From Diadema antillarum (Eukaryota), in NCBI RefSeq assembly GCF_040938485.1, contig NW_027272137.1:1116001-1180000 (forward strand): a DNA stretch of 64,000 nucleotides, given 5' to 3'. Made by a program: the position numbers and the translations under genes. A model generated the notes under the pieces. It made no database searches. It saw only the letters and a program-made list of their open reading frames with translations, and had not been told where the DNA came from. Each line of letters begins with the position of its first letter. Within the stretch, counting starts at the first letter, position 1. Positions 1-11,594 of the stretch are shown piece after piece.

Positions 1-110
1 GAAATAAAGGTATGGATTTCTACCTATATCACATATGCTATTAAATGATGAAAGACTGTTAGCATCTTTACACACAATCAGCCATTAGAGGCAAAGACAG
101 ATCAACTTAC

Positions 111-3100
111 TATCAGAGTGTGCTTCCAGTTTGTGATCCTTTAGCTCAGGTCTGGTTTTAAAGGCTCGCCCACACTCATCACAAAGCTCATTTTTCTCTG
201 TGCTGTGAGTCTTCATGTGTTCACGCAGTCTGCCAATTTTGACCCAAGTTTTGCCGCACACTTCACAAGCAAATGGTCTGTAGAAGATGTTAATACAAAG
301 AAAACTTGGTGACCACACTTACATAACAGCTATCAAATTAAGGACAAAAAGCTGATGGATGTAATGAAAGCAGCATTTTGTTCTGAAAACGTCTTATCAC
401 CTGGCTAAGGTGCAACACGCTTTTAGTTGAGAATAATTCAACCGTAATATGCAGTCAAACAGAATGTATTCTACCTGATGCATTCTCATGCATTAACTAT
501 GGTCCGAATTCACAAACTTTAGCCCATAGATTATGCAAATTTTGCTAGCATGACTGTCAGTGACAGCTCATGTACACCAACACACATCCTACAATGAACA
601 AGCAATAATACACGCAAGACAAAGGTACACCCCATGCCTGCTTTGCCCTTGTGTTAGTCCCTGGACTAAATTTAAACCATGGATTTGTTTTTAACTACCT
701 TTGTGAATTTGGACCTGCAAGTAGTATCTATCATAAAGTATATGGCCTACAGTTACCATTTCCATAAGGTTTATTGATCCTGACCACTAAATAAGGAGAG
801 ACCTCTCTCTCTGCATAGAGGAAGTACAATGCAATTCTTAATAACTTAAGTCCTTTAGACCACATTACATTATTATTGGACATGCAAAGGACAGAGAGTT
901 AGATTACAGACTCTGCAGCGCAAGAAAAATATGTATACTCATCAAGCATCGTCACTGACCTACACTATGTAAATGGGAGATTTGAGACTTCATAAAACTG
1001 CTATTATTCCATAAAACCATATCTACTCACTTCTCTAGAGTGTGTCTCAGAGCATAGTGATAGTTGAGGGATGCCACTGATGTGTAGGCCTTGCTACAGC
1101 CAGTCACTGGACATTTGTAGATGTGGCATGGGTCAAGACCATGGAACTCCTCAAGGTGCCTTGCTCTCTCCTCTGTGGATCAAAGCACAGGAGACTGACC
1201 ATTACTATATTCTATCACATCATATAACACCTGATGCCTTCCAAGTGGTAAATGTCTAGCAAGACTTATTGAAACAAACAATGCATGACACATAAAGCAA
1301 ATCCTCCTGTCATACACAATGTACTATAATATTCATTTCATAAAACTCTAGTGTAGAGATGATTTGTACAAAATCACAAACAAATACAATATATTTCGTT
1401 TGATAAGCATGAGGAAATCACATTCCCTGGTCTGAATAATTATACTCATAAGATACAGTCATTTCAGGCTGTATTTCATTTAATCGATTCTTCTAGAAAG
1501 AATCAATGATTTACAGAGAAATGTAAAATCATACAAAAATAAAACAAAGATGATATCAACATCGAGTTTCATTTTCTTTTGTAGCCCCATAAAGCTTTGG
1601 TCAAGACTTCTGATTTCCACATGAATGGCTAACTCTTTGTTTCCAAGGAAGAAAACATATATCTTCATTCACTGTTGACTGTCTGGTGTATGAAAAGGAA
1701 CACAGAGAACTGTATCTAAAGATGTCATGAGATTCACCATCACCATGTGGGCTGATATCTGCTGTATCAACCCTGGTTTAATTTGCAGCAGCCACGACTG
1801 TGCTCAGATTGAATAATTCTTGCATGGGATCAGGTTACATGTAGAAGAAAAAATCAAACTGTCATACACAGTTTAGATTTATATTTTGCACATGAGTAGA
1901 GGTTATTTTGTATCATATCAGATGGAAAAAATGCTGAAAAAACAAACTTGACTGCATACTTACCTCAATAAAGGAGTCATTTTTTTTTAAACACAGATTT
2001 GAAGTTAATTGTCACAATTTCTGTTGGTAAACAAAAATAAAATCAACTGAATTGATCTTTACAAAACCTTTACTATCATCATGTCGGTAAGTCCAATCAA
2101 TCAATCAAAAATGAATCCACTCCGATCTAATAATCATTATATTACAGATATTCCCTCCATAAACAATGTCGTGCACATTGGCTTTCAGCTTTGACCCTTT
2201 GACCTACAAAGTATGATAATATACCTTTGGCATCAAATGTCTCCATACAGTCGTCCGCTGTGCACTGGTATCGTTTGTGCTGTGGGTGACTCCTAATGGT
2301 GTGATTCTCCAGACCTTGTTCCATGGTGAAAGTCTTCTCACAAAACTTACACTTCACTTGTACTGGGCCCTTGGGAGGTGGCTCTGAGAAAATTAATCAG
2401 AATTTTAGCATTTTAAGCAATCAATCTGACCTGAGACAAGCCACCAGTAGGTAAAGAATACTTTTTGGAAAACAAAATATTTCTTTGAGAAGGTGGGGAG
2501 AAAAGTTAATCATACCTGGTAAACTACACGTAGCGCCTGCTAGCGACGGATAGTGACACCCAGTGATGGGGATTTTTTGCGAAAACAATGAAGTGCATTC
2601 AAAAAGCATTTTACATGCTGGTCATGTAATTTAAACACATCAGTAGCCTTTCATGTGAAACCACGAGTTTCTTATTTCACCATGTTCTTAGAAAAGGGCA
2701 CAATTGTTCGGGTATCAGCGATGTGTTAAAATTAAATAGTAGTATAGAAAAGTTGTCTGGTGTGTGTACTAGAAGCAAAACGGGGCAGTTCTAAGTTTTC
2801 TGCTTTGTGAATATTCAGAGGAATTGTTGGGTCATTCCTGAGCTGCATGGTCATGCTTTAAGGGTCTCTTATATTTCTCACTATGAAGCTGTAACACAAA
2901 GTGTTTAGTCATCTATTTGAACATTAGACATCTAGCTCACTCATTACAGTTTGACAACATCTGAAATCGAGGCATCACTATGCTAAACTTTGTAGATACT
3001 CAAATTTGTTAAAAGTCACATGAAGAGGGGGAAAAATGTACATGTTGTAGTGTCAAGTAGTATAAACTGAGAAGTAAAATGTAATACTTGCATGTACATG

Positions 3101-6100
3101 AATAAATAGGATTAGCACACAGTGTTAAAACAGTAATACGAATATTAGCATTTGGGTAATTCCGTGAAGTTGGGGCACAAAGTGTTACATTTTAGCATAA
3201 CTCAATATTAATTATGCTATACATATATTGTTTATAGGCTTTACATTTGTATTGAGACCATACATTTTCCGGGAAATTTTGCGCCATTCAGACTCAATTT
3301 TGATGAAGTTATGACAAAAATATGTAACGGTGTCCTGTAGCATCGTGATGTGTCCATGTAGCATCGTGATAGTTAAAATCTGGTCCTAAAAGACAAATTA
3401 ATGCAATTAGCTTGACCAAAATTTGATATAATATGCATAATTACTAGATTAGTCAGATAGCTAAATATCTTAACTCTCCTTTCCACAGTTTTACTTTTAC
3501 AAGAAAATTACACAATGTGTCACTATGCTACACGGTGTCCTTCAAATGTAACAAAAAAGGACACCGCGTAGCATCGTGATACATTTTGTAATTTTCTTTT
3601 AAAATCAAAACTGTGTGCAGGAAATTTGAGCTATTTAGTTATCTCATTCATATCTTGTAAATGCATATTGCATCAAATTTTGGTCCAGCTAATTGCCATA
3701 ATTTGTCTCTTAGGACCAAATTTTAAAATATCACGATGCTACATGGACACGTCACGATGCTACAGGACACTGTTACATATTGTTTAATAACTTCATCAAA
3801 ATTGAGTCTGAATGGCACAAAATTTCCAGGAAAATGTGTGGCCTCAGTGCAAATGTAAAGCCTACAAATAATAAATGTATAGCATAATTAATATTGAGTT
3901 ATGCTGAAATGTATCTTTTAAATATCACGATGCTACATGGACACTGCCCCAACTTCATGGAATTACCCATTTCTGATCGAGTACACTTTTCAACCTTGCT
4001 TGGAGGTGTGATGCTGTCAGTGTTCTACAAAGGTGTGCAGTGTTTCAATATACAAAGAATACAGCAAGGCAAAAAGAGAGAAAAAAATGAGTTGGCCATC
4101 TCACCTGTATTGTTGGCCTTTCTGACATGCCTCTCAAGGTGGATAGGTGACCTGAAGGCTCGCTTACAGACATCACATCGGAACTTTTCTGACATAGTCT
4201 GCTCACGTTTGGTCATACCGGGATGAGCATCATTGAGGTGGGTTGTGTAGGTCATGAGGAAACGGAAGGCCTCATCACACAGGTTACAGATCAAGTACTG
4301 CAGCTTTGGGTTTTCATGCTGTTCTCTGTGCAAGTCAAACCACGTCTGTGTTGGGAAGTTATTTGAGCAGATCTCACAATGAAAGGGAAACTTTTCTGGA
4401 TGTGGCGGAGTCGGGGTGCATTCTGGTGCTGGGGGTACTGCCTGCCGTGCCAACCGCGATGGGAAGTCCTCGTCATCATCGTAGCGTCGCTTCTTGCGCC
4501 TGCGACCACGTTTCTTCCTTGGGATAGGTGGCCTTCCATCCTTGCGAGGACGCCCTCTAGGTCTTTTCACTCCAGAAGGCCATGGGTACGGAGGAGGAAG
4601 GGCTGGGGCAGGAAGAGGCTCGGGCACCATCTCATCTCCTTCTTTTCCATCATCAAGAATGCTGGAGCTTGTTTTAGTGCCCTCTACCCTCCCTACATCT
4701 AGCATGCTCTCATCAAGTCCCTGCACCTCTGTTGACTGCTGAAAGCCCTCAGCATCCATAGACTCCTCTGTGGTAATTCCACCTTCTTTTTCCTCTTCCT
4801 CCTCCTCCTCCTCCTCCTCCTCGTCTTCATCATCATCAAGTTTCTCTCCAGCTACTTCCTTTACAACACCACATTGTCTTCTGTGCTTCATGAATAGAAC
4901 TGATGACACAAATTTTTGCCCACAGACAACACACTTTCTGCTCCTACCAGCACTAAGACCGCTCTCCGCAAGTTCATTTGCCATTTTTTCCTGTCAAGAA
5001 AGAAACATCGATTTAAAGGATAGATAGGTCACAAATTTTTTGTTTGTTTGTTTGTTTGTTTTTTAGAAATCAAGAGATCAGACTCTATGCTGCTACTGCA
5101 TATATGAATGTGAAGCACAATGTAAATGCCATCATACAGGTCAAATCATGCAAATCAAAATAAGATCAAGGAATTGATTTACTGTAAACCCAGTATAAAA
5201 GCCAATATCTAATGTTCTCACAAACTGTTACATGTATTTTCAAAAGTTTCTAATCTGTGAAGTATCCATTCCTATCAGGGAGGTGGGCTGTACCTATCTA
5301 CAATATCTCAATCATGAAGGTGAATATCCACCTGTTTTGCTTTGTCTTCTTCCAGTTTCTTTTTCTTCTCAGCTTCCAACTCAGCCTGCTGTTCAGGGGT
5401 GAGTTTGATCTTCCTTGGCCGACCTCGCCTTCTTTTGTTTGGATCAGGAGGCGGAGGGGGTGGGGCTTCTTCCTGTTTGATCCCAAGTAGTCCATGCTCT
5501 TGTCCTTTCTTGACATCTTCAGTGACCTAAAATAAAATATGACACTTTTATTTCATCTTTGGACGTTTTGCATGATTATTTCGCAACGCATGATGCTCTC
5601 GCCACAACATTTTATGACATTTTTCTTTCAAGTATCGCGCAACTTTTGAGACCAATTCGTCGACCAAAAAATTGCTCAAAAACGTGATTTTGTGTACAAA
5701 TCCAAAGTAATTTATGTTTTTGCAATTAATTCATATAAAAATAAATATTTTTACTTTCAATTGCTGATAATGATTTATTTTAGCCTGATTATGCTTTAAA
5801 AAGTTTCTGCGATACATTTTGACGAAAAAAAAGAACAAAATTTCTAAAGTAAAAAACAGAGAAATACATAAGAAATTCAATAAACAATAAAATACATAAG
5901 AAACAATTATGAAGCTGAATTTTTGCTTCAATATTATTGTTGAGGATATTGAAGAGAATATGTTCACCAAAAATTGGAAGTATTGGAGCTTTATTTTTTT
6001 ATTTATAGGCAACAAAATTATTTCTGCAGTTATAAATCAGAATAATTGCTGTCAAAGTGGTTTCTTTCGCGTACAGATAATTTCGCGGTTTCTGTCGGTG

Positions 6101-9100
6101 CCGACTTTCTCGTGTGTGTTTGAATTTGCTGTCGGCAAAAACTGTTTTATTTTGCACATGAAAACCCAAACTATAATCCAATTATTCTTCTATTCATTAA
6201 ATAGAAATCAAAATTAAATGCAGGCTTACCTGAAATTCTGTCTCTCGAGTACTTTATAACATGCTTGTACCTATACATTATGCGGTATCGTTGTGTGTAT
6301 GTTGAATGCGCGAAATCTTCGTGTGTGCAAGTGCGCAATAGTGTTGCAACAAGCGGCGAGTTCAAAACATTTTCGCGTGATGTTAAATTCGCGGTTCAAT
6401 CTCAAAGCGCGAAAATAAAACCACCGCAAAAGAAACCACTTTTACAGTAATCAATATAAAATACATAAACTAAAATGCGAAAATCTAACTATACAGTCTT
6501 GTAGATTACATTGGCCTCTACCTTAGTGCAAATTTTCGAGAGGACCGCGCGATCCACTACTGAGATCTGAAGGGGGGGGGGGGGAAAGCCCCCCCCCCCC
6601 CCCCCCCCCCCCCCCCCGCAGGGTTAAATCATTAATGTCATCTTCAATACTGCACCTCAAAATAGAAGACTTTGCCCTGCTGAACAAGGGTTAGCGTCTG
6701 CTCCTCTACGTTAGTCGTGATCTTGACAAATCGAAGCCATCCTGGTATGGAGAAGTCATTACTCTCCAGTTGGTGCCACTTGTCATCTTCTTGAGAGTAT
6801 ATCTACATGGTAGACAGACAGACAAACAAACAGACAGACAGACACACACACGCACAAAGAAAAACCCATAACAGAACATCAATCATGGTAAGTGTGAACA
6901 CTATGACCAAACATTAAGTGAAGATTTGGAAAATCCGATTACTCTTCTTGATTGATAAGACCGAGCGCTTCTTTTTTATTACAAGGACAAGGTGGACTTC
7001 AGTAATGCATGCTGACTCTCTCTGATGAAGGGTAGACTTCCTAATACCGGTACACCTTGAAGGACTAACTCTCAATTAACCTAAAGTGTCAAAAAATGGC
7101 AAGAAAAAACTCACGCAATGACAGTTTGTCCTACGTACGTACATGATCTATTTTCTTTTCTATTTTTATATCATTTTTTTTTTCAAATACAATGTACAAC
7201 CGTAGGTTCTTCTGTTTCAAAACCCAGTCAAGAGGAATAAAAATTACCCCGACCTGGGTATGGTGGGTCTACACAAGACACTTTAAATTACACTCAAATG
7301 AACCAGGAATGAACCAAGAATTAAAAAACATATAAAAATTAAAGAGATGTTATAGTTTTGGTTAAGATGGAGATTCAGGTTTCATTGACAGATACTTAGA
7401 AACACTTTATGATATAAAAGAGCATGAATTCTAACAAGAATTAAAAAGTTCATTTGATGAAAATTGGATTCAAAACGGCTGCGGGATCTAAAAACACAAA
7501 GCAAAACCAAGTGGTCCTAATAAAACGTGGGACCCATCTTTAACTACAACCTCTTTGTTTTTGGATATCTCAGCCATTTTAAAACCTTTTCGTCAAATAA
7601 ACTTTTAATTACCTGTACTTGTTGAATTGCATGTTCTTTTATATTTAAACAAGTGGTTTCTAATTACGGTACCTGGTATGGTATCTCACAAAAAGTCGAA
7701 ACCTGAATCCCTACCTCCACTAAAACTACTGGGTACCGTAGGTATACCATCCCTTTATATTTGAACATAAAGTGAAAAATTGAGGATGACTGCTCTGGCA
7801 GTATGATCTGAATAATCAAAGAATGTTTCAGTCGTTGTGCTTTACCTTCCACTGACCCATTTCCACCTCTTCTTCTTCACCAATATCAGAGAGTTTGCCC
7901 TTGAAAGGTCCATAGCGATGGCCTTGACTCAACTCCTGCCTGGCATAGACTTTCACACTGGCTTCTAAAGTGTGATACAAAAAAAAATGATATTGTGTGT
8001 GGTTCAGGAAATCAAGGGAAAAACCTGCAACAAAGCCTATCATGCTACGTCAATACTTTATACAATTGTACTTTCGCAGCTAGTGTTTCCTGTGTACTCA
8101 TGTACAATACCCAATAGGTACCCTAGTATTAGCATGCATTGGTGAACAGGAAATGACTCTAATGCTGGTCCCCGCAGCTCGATCTACTACTGTAACTCAA
8201 AGGATCCTAGACTCTTTTAAACGTACCGGTACTGTGTGTACATACTTGTAGATGCCAAGTTCAAAAAAATTTTATGAGTGAGATTTTCGTGACTCAGCAT
8301 CTCGGCGCACGCACATGTGCGTGAGCAAGGGAGCGAAGCGACTGAGCGAGGGGAGGGTGTGGGAGGGGGGTGTCCACCCTCCCACGGTAGGGAGCTCTTA
8401 ATGGTGCAAGCTGGTGCATACCTGGTACTTAAGTGACTATTTTTTACTTATTTTGAAAGACAAAAGGGAAATATGCCTTCAATTGCAACTCTCACTTTAA
8501 TCCTTTAAGCTACATGTATGCTCCCAATGCGTGAGAAAAATGGGTGTCATGCGTGAGATCGTGAGACAGACCCTAAATGCTTGAGTCTCACTCACAATGC
8601 GTGAGACTTGGTAGCTCTGTGTGTATGAAGAAATTAGAAATTAATGCATACCAGCGTATTTTATGATTGATGCTATGAATACTGTACTAGTGCACTCCCG
8701 TTATAACGAAATGCTCGGTACCATCAGTTTTCTTTCGTTATAACGAAATGTCGTTATAACCGAACAAATACAATACCGGTACCGGTACATAACGAAAAAC
8801 AAGGAGACCACGCATAGGCCCCTATAATATATTCTGTTTGTTGAATACTCATCATACACTGGAAAGCTATGTGAAATGGGATGGTACCTTTTTAGTTTCG
8901 TTTAAATATTACATTTAAAAGAGAGCATAAAGTTGTTTGTATTGTCACACAAGTATACAAAAATGATGGTTTAGGATTTGGTTGCAGTTTGCTATTCCAA
9001 AGGATCGTTTCTTATTAAAGTTTGTTACTCCGAAGGCTCCATATTCCGAAGTTTCGCCATTACCGGGATTCCGAAGGTTTGTTCGTCTGAAGCTTCACTC

Positions 9101-11312
9101 TTCCGAAGATTTGCTATTCCGAAAGTTCATAATTGAGAAAGAATTATATTGTTCGTTTTCTGCAGGTTCGGTGATCAGAAAATGAAATGAGGTTATTCCG
9201 AAGGTTCAGTTATGTTAAGACGATTATAAGGTCTGTAATTCTTAAGTTTTGTTAGTGAACTCACCTTTTTCTCTTAGTCTTTTTTTTAATGTTCCGATTA
9301 ACGAACATTTGGAATTCCTATTATTTTTTGGACTAACAAACCGTCGTAATATGAACCATATTTCATTGTCGGATTAAGAACCATTAATAACGAACCGTTG
9401 GAATAATGCAAAAATGTTTATAATACAAACCCTATTTCATTTCCAGACTAACGGACATTTAGGTGGATCAGAATCTGTGTGTTTTGTAATAAAGAACCTT
9501 CGGAACAATAAAACAAACCTTTCGTATAAATTTCAGATTATCTTATTACAATAACACAAGTTCCTCTCAGAAACTCTACGCGACACACAGAGTGAACACA
9601 CAGTGATGTGAGGTGTTTGCTCATGCAGAGACGCTATAAATGCTTGCTCTGCTATGTATTTTTGAAAGCGATTTGCATTTCATTATAACGGAGCACATTT
9701 CTTTTGTTTTTCTTTGTTAGTGGTGCTTGGAAAAGACTTCGTTGTAACAAAAATTTCGCTATAACCGTGTTCGTTATAAGCGAATTTTGTACCATACTTG
9801 TAGACTCTAGTGGCAATAATTTCGGGACCAGAAGTTTTATTTCGTTACAACGAAATTTCATTATAACCACGTTCGTTGTAACGGGAGTGCACTGTAGTCT
9901 GTACACATCATCACTTTGTTATCAACTACATTATTCACCATGACGGCAAGAGAGAACTGTACCGGTAAGTGTAACAGTTTGTATTAAACTTCATTGGAGA
10001 ACATGACCATACACAGCCCTTTCGCTATACACAAGTTGTGCTTTGCACGGCGTCTGGACAGTATAGACTATCGCTAAGGGAAGGCATATGGAGAACTGAG
10101 AAAAATAAAAATAGAATTCATATGAATATTTTCAATTTTATTGCATAAGAACAGTTCACTTTCAGAAAATAGGGGGAATAATATTATTACAATAGGCCTA
10201 CATGTGTAGAACAAGGTGATGCTGATGGAGTGTGTACTTTTCAAGTGTCATTTTGTGGAATTTTCTAATTTCTTTCACTTTAATAGACATATCATTGTCC
10301 TGCATTGACCGAAAGATCGGACTGTAAATTTATCTGGTCGTCATGGAAATGTTCCGCGGACAAGTTGAGTCAAGTGTCTATGGAGGAGAGCGATAACATC
10401 AAAACAATGACTCCTCCGGACAGACGGATCTTTCTGTCAATGTCCTGCAGTAGTGGCATCCAGATTGTTGTTGCAGTTTTCTCATCGAGCGATCGATGGT
10501 GGCACTGAAATTCTTTAATTTAAAATTCTTAACTTTTGAAGGGATTGTCCCATTTTTCTCAATCTTAACTGATGTGGGCCTGCTGCTTTTACTCAATCCA
10601 CATATTGTACATGACATACAATTACATGACCCGTATTGCCCGTATCACATGGTATTTTGGACATTTTCCAATTTAATACCCCTGCAAGACCCAAGGGAAG
10701 ATTTTAGTGCACAACTGCCATTTATCTGCGGATATGTTCATCGACCTCGATTCAAAATATTGTTGACGGACATTTAGTTAGCTAGTTCTAAGCCACTACT
10801 GGCATGGCACTGGCTCTGTCAGACTCTGCCTCTGCTCTGCATACTCTTCCGAACGAGAACGAGACTTACAGTACCCTACTAACGTTAGTACTAGGGCTAG
10901 GCAAGGCTGGACTATACCCGTTCATCCCCGTCCCCCACCCTAGCCCACTAGGTCTAGCTAGCCAAGGTAGTGCGGTGGTACTGGAGCAGCCGCCCGCCGC
11001 CGCAGCTGTGCTGACGAGTACGAGCGATCACCGTTCAAGTTCTCGAGAAACTCACTAACAGTTAGAGCGCAACATGTGAACGAGGATGGCGCAAATTAAC
11101 GGTCCATTATTCGATGGAACGAGCCTAAACAATCCCCCTTCCATCCGCAGCGATACTCAAAATTTTGGTTTTAAAATTCAGCCTAGAAGTTGTGGATAAG
11201 CCCCTTCAATATAATAACATAAAATCGTTAATTACGCAAAGTGTTAAATAAAGTTAACTAATGATTTCAGTCAGGAGAAATCTTAATAAAACATACCTCC
11301 TGAGGACGCCAT
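111..11312 (-). CDS. PR/SET-domain, AT-hook, C2H2 zinc-finger protein (PRDM-like); 3' end lies beyond the left edge of the window
   Basis: Eight GT-AG exons join in frame: 11312-11297 (MASSG), 7964-7846 (EASVKVYARQELSQGHRYGPFKG), 6802-6656 (GWLRFVKITTNVEEQTLTLVQQGKVFYFE), 5526-5332 (VTEDVKKGQE, RRRGRPRK), 4990-4105 (acidic tract, KRPRGRPRK, zinc fingers), 2383-2225, 1172-1031, 277-111. About 610 aa in the window with roughly nine C2H2-type fingers; one finger spans the exon 6/7 junction (YQCTADDCMETFDAKEERARHLEEFH). Donors at 6655 and 5331 are weak (GTGCAG, GTGGAT). Confidence 0.85.
3154..3968. mobile_element. Foldback non-autonomous DNA transposon, Sola2-like
   Basis: Termini GGGTAATTCCGTGAAGTTGGGGCA / TGCCCCAACTTCATGGAATTACCC with a 4-bp ATTT duplication on both sides. 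Arms of about 300 bp are inverted copies carrying repeated TGTCCATGTAGCATCGTGAT motifs. GRG/CYC termini with a 4-bp TSD fit Sola2. Confidence 0.75.
5550..6623. mobile_element. piggyBac-like non-autonomous remnant (one intact end)
   Basis: Ends in a poly-G/poly-C hairpin then CGCAGGG|TTAA. The left TTAA end was not found, so the left boundary is approximate. Hosts the nested MITE at 6049-6447. Confidence 0.4.
6049..6447. mobile_element. Tc1/mariner-type MITE
   Basis: TIRs CTGTCAAAGTGGTTTCTTTCGCG / CGCAAAAGAAACCACTTTTACAG, followed by TA on the right (TG on the left); internal CGCGAAA repeats. Confidence 0.65.
8687..9894. mobile_element. pogo/Tigger-like MITE with a nested TTCCGAAGG-repeat element (about 8975-9545)
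   Basis: TA-flanked TIRs C(T)AGTGCACTCCCGTTATAACGA / TCGTTGTAACGGGAGTGCACTG and subterminal GTTATAAC repeats. The inner block is made of degenerate TTCCGAAGG repeats. Confidence 0.7.
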
Positions 11313-11594
11313 CTTCGAATAATGAATTTCCCACAATTCCCAATGTTCGCTGTTGAGTTTTACATACATACACTGAAGAAAAAGACATAACGTTAGTGGT
11401 TTATGTCGGATCAATAAGTTCATAAATGAAAAATAATATATGAATTCGATAAAGTGATAAGACTCTATAGGCCTATATGTCAGGAGAAAATCAAGGTATT
11501 GGAAGAAATCGCCATTTTCCGCTGAATTCCGAAGATTGCCGATGAGTGTCGATACTACCCGAACGACTTGCAAACGGGTGAACAATATTTCAAG
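11313..11594. promoter_or_regulatory. Bidirectional promoter between the PRDM-like gene and PSMB6
   Basis: Divergent ATGs at 11312 (-) and 11595 (+), each inside AAGATGGCG (YY1-like). A further CGCCATTTT lies at about 11508. Factor identity is inferred from motif only. Confidence 0.7.

Noticed and set aside
4291-5027. Several 70-110 aa ORFs overlapping the large zinc-finger exon
   Set aside because: Alternative-frame or antisense shadows of a GC-rich coding exon.
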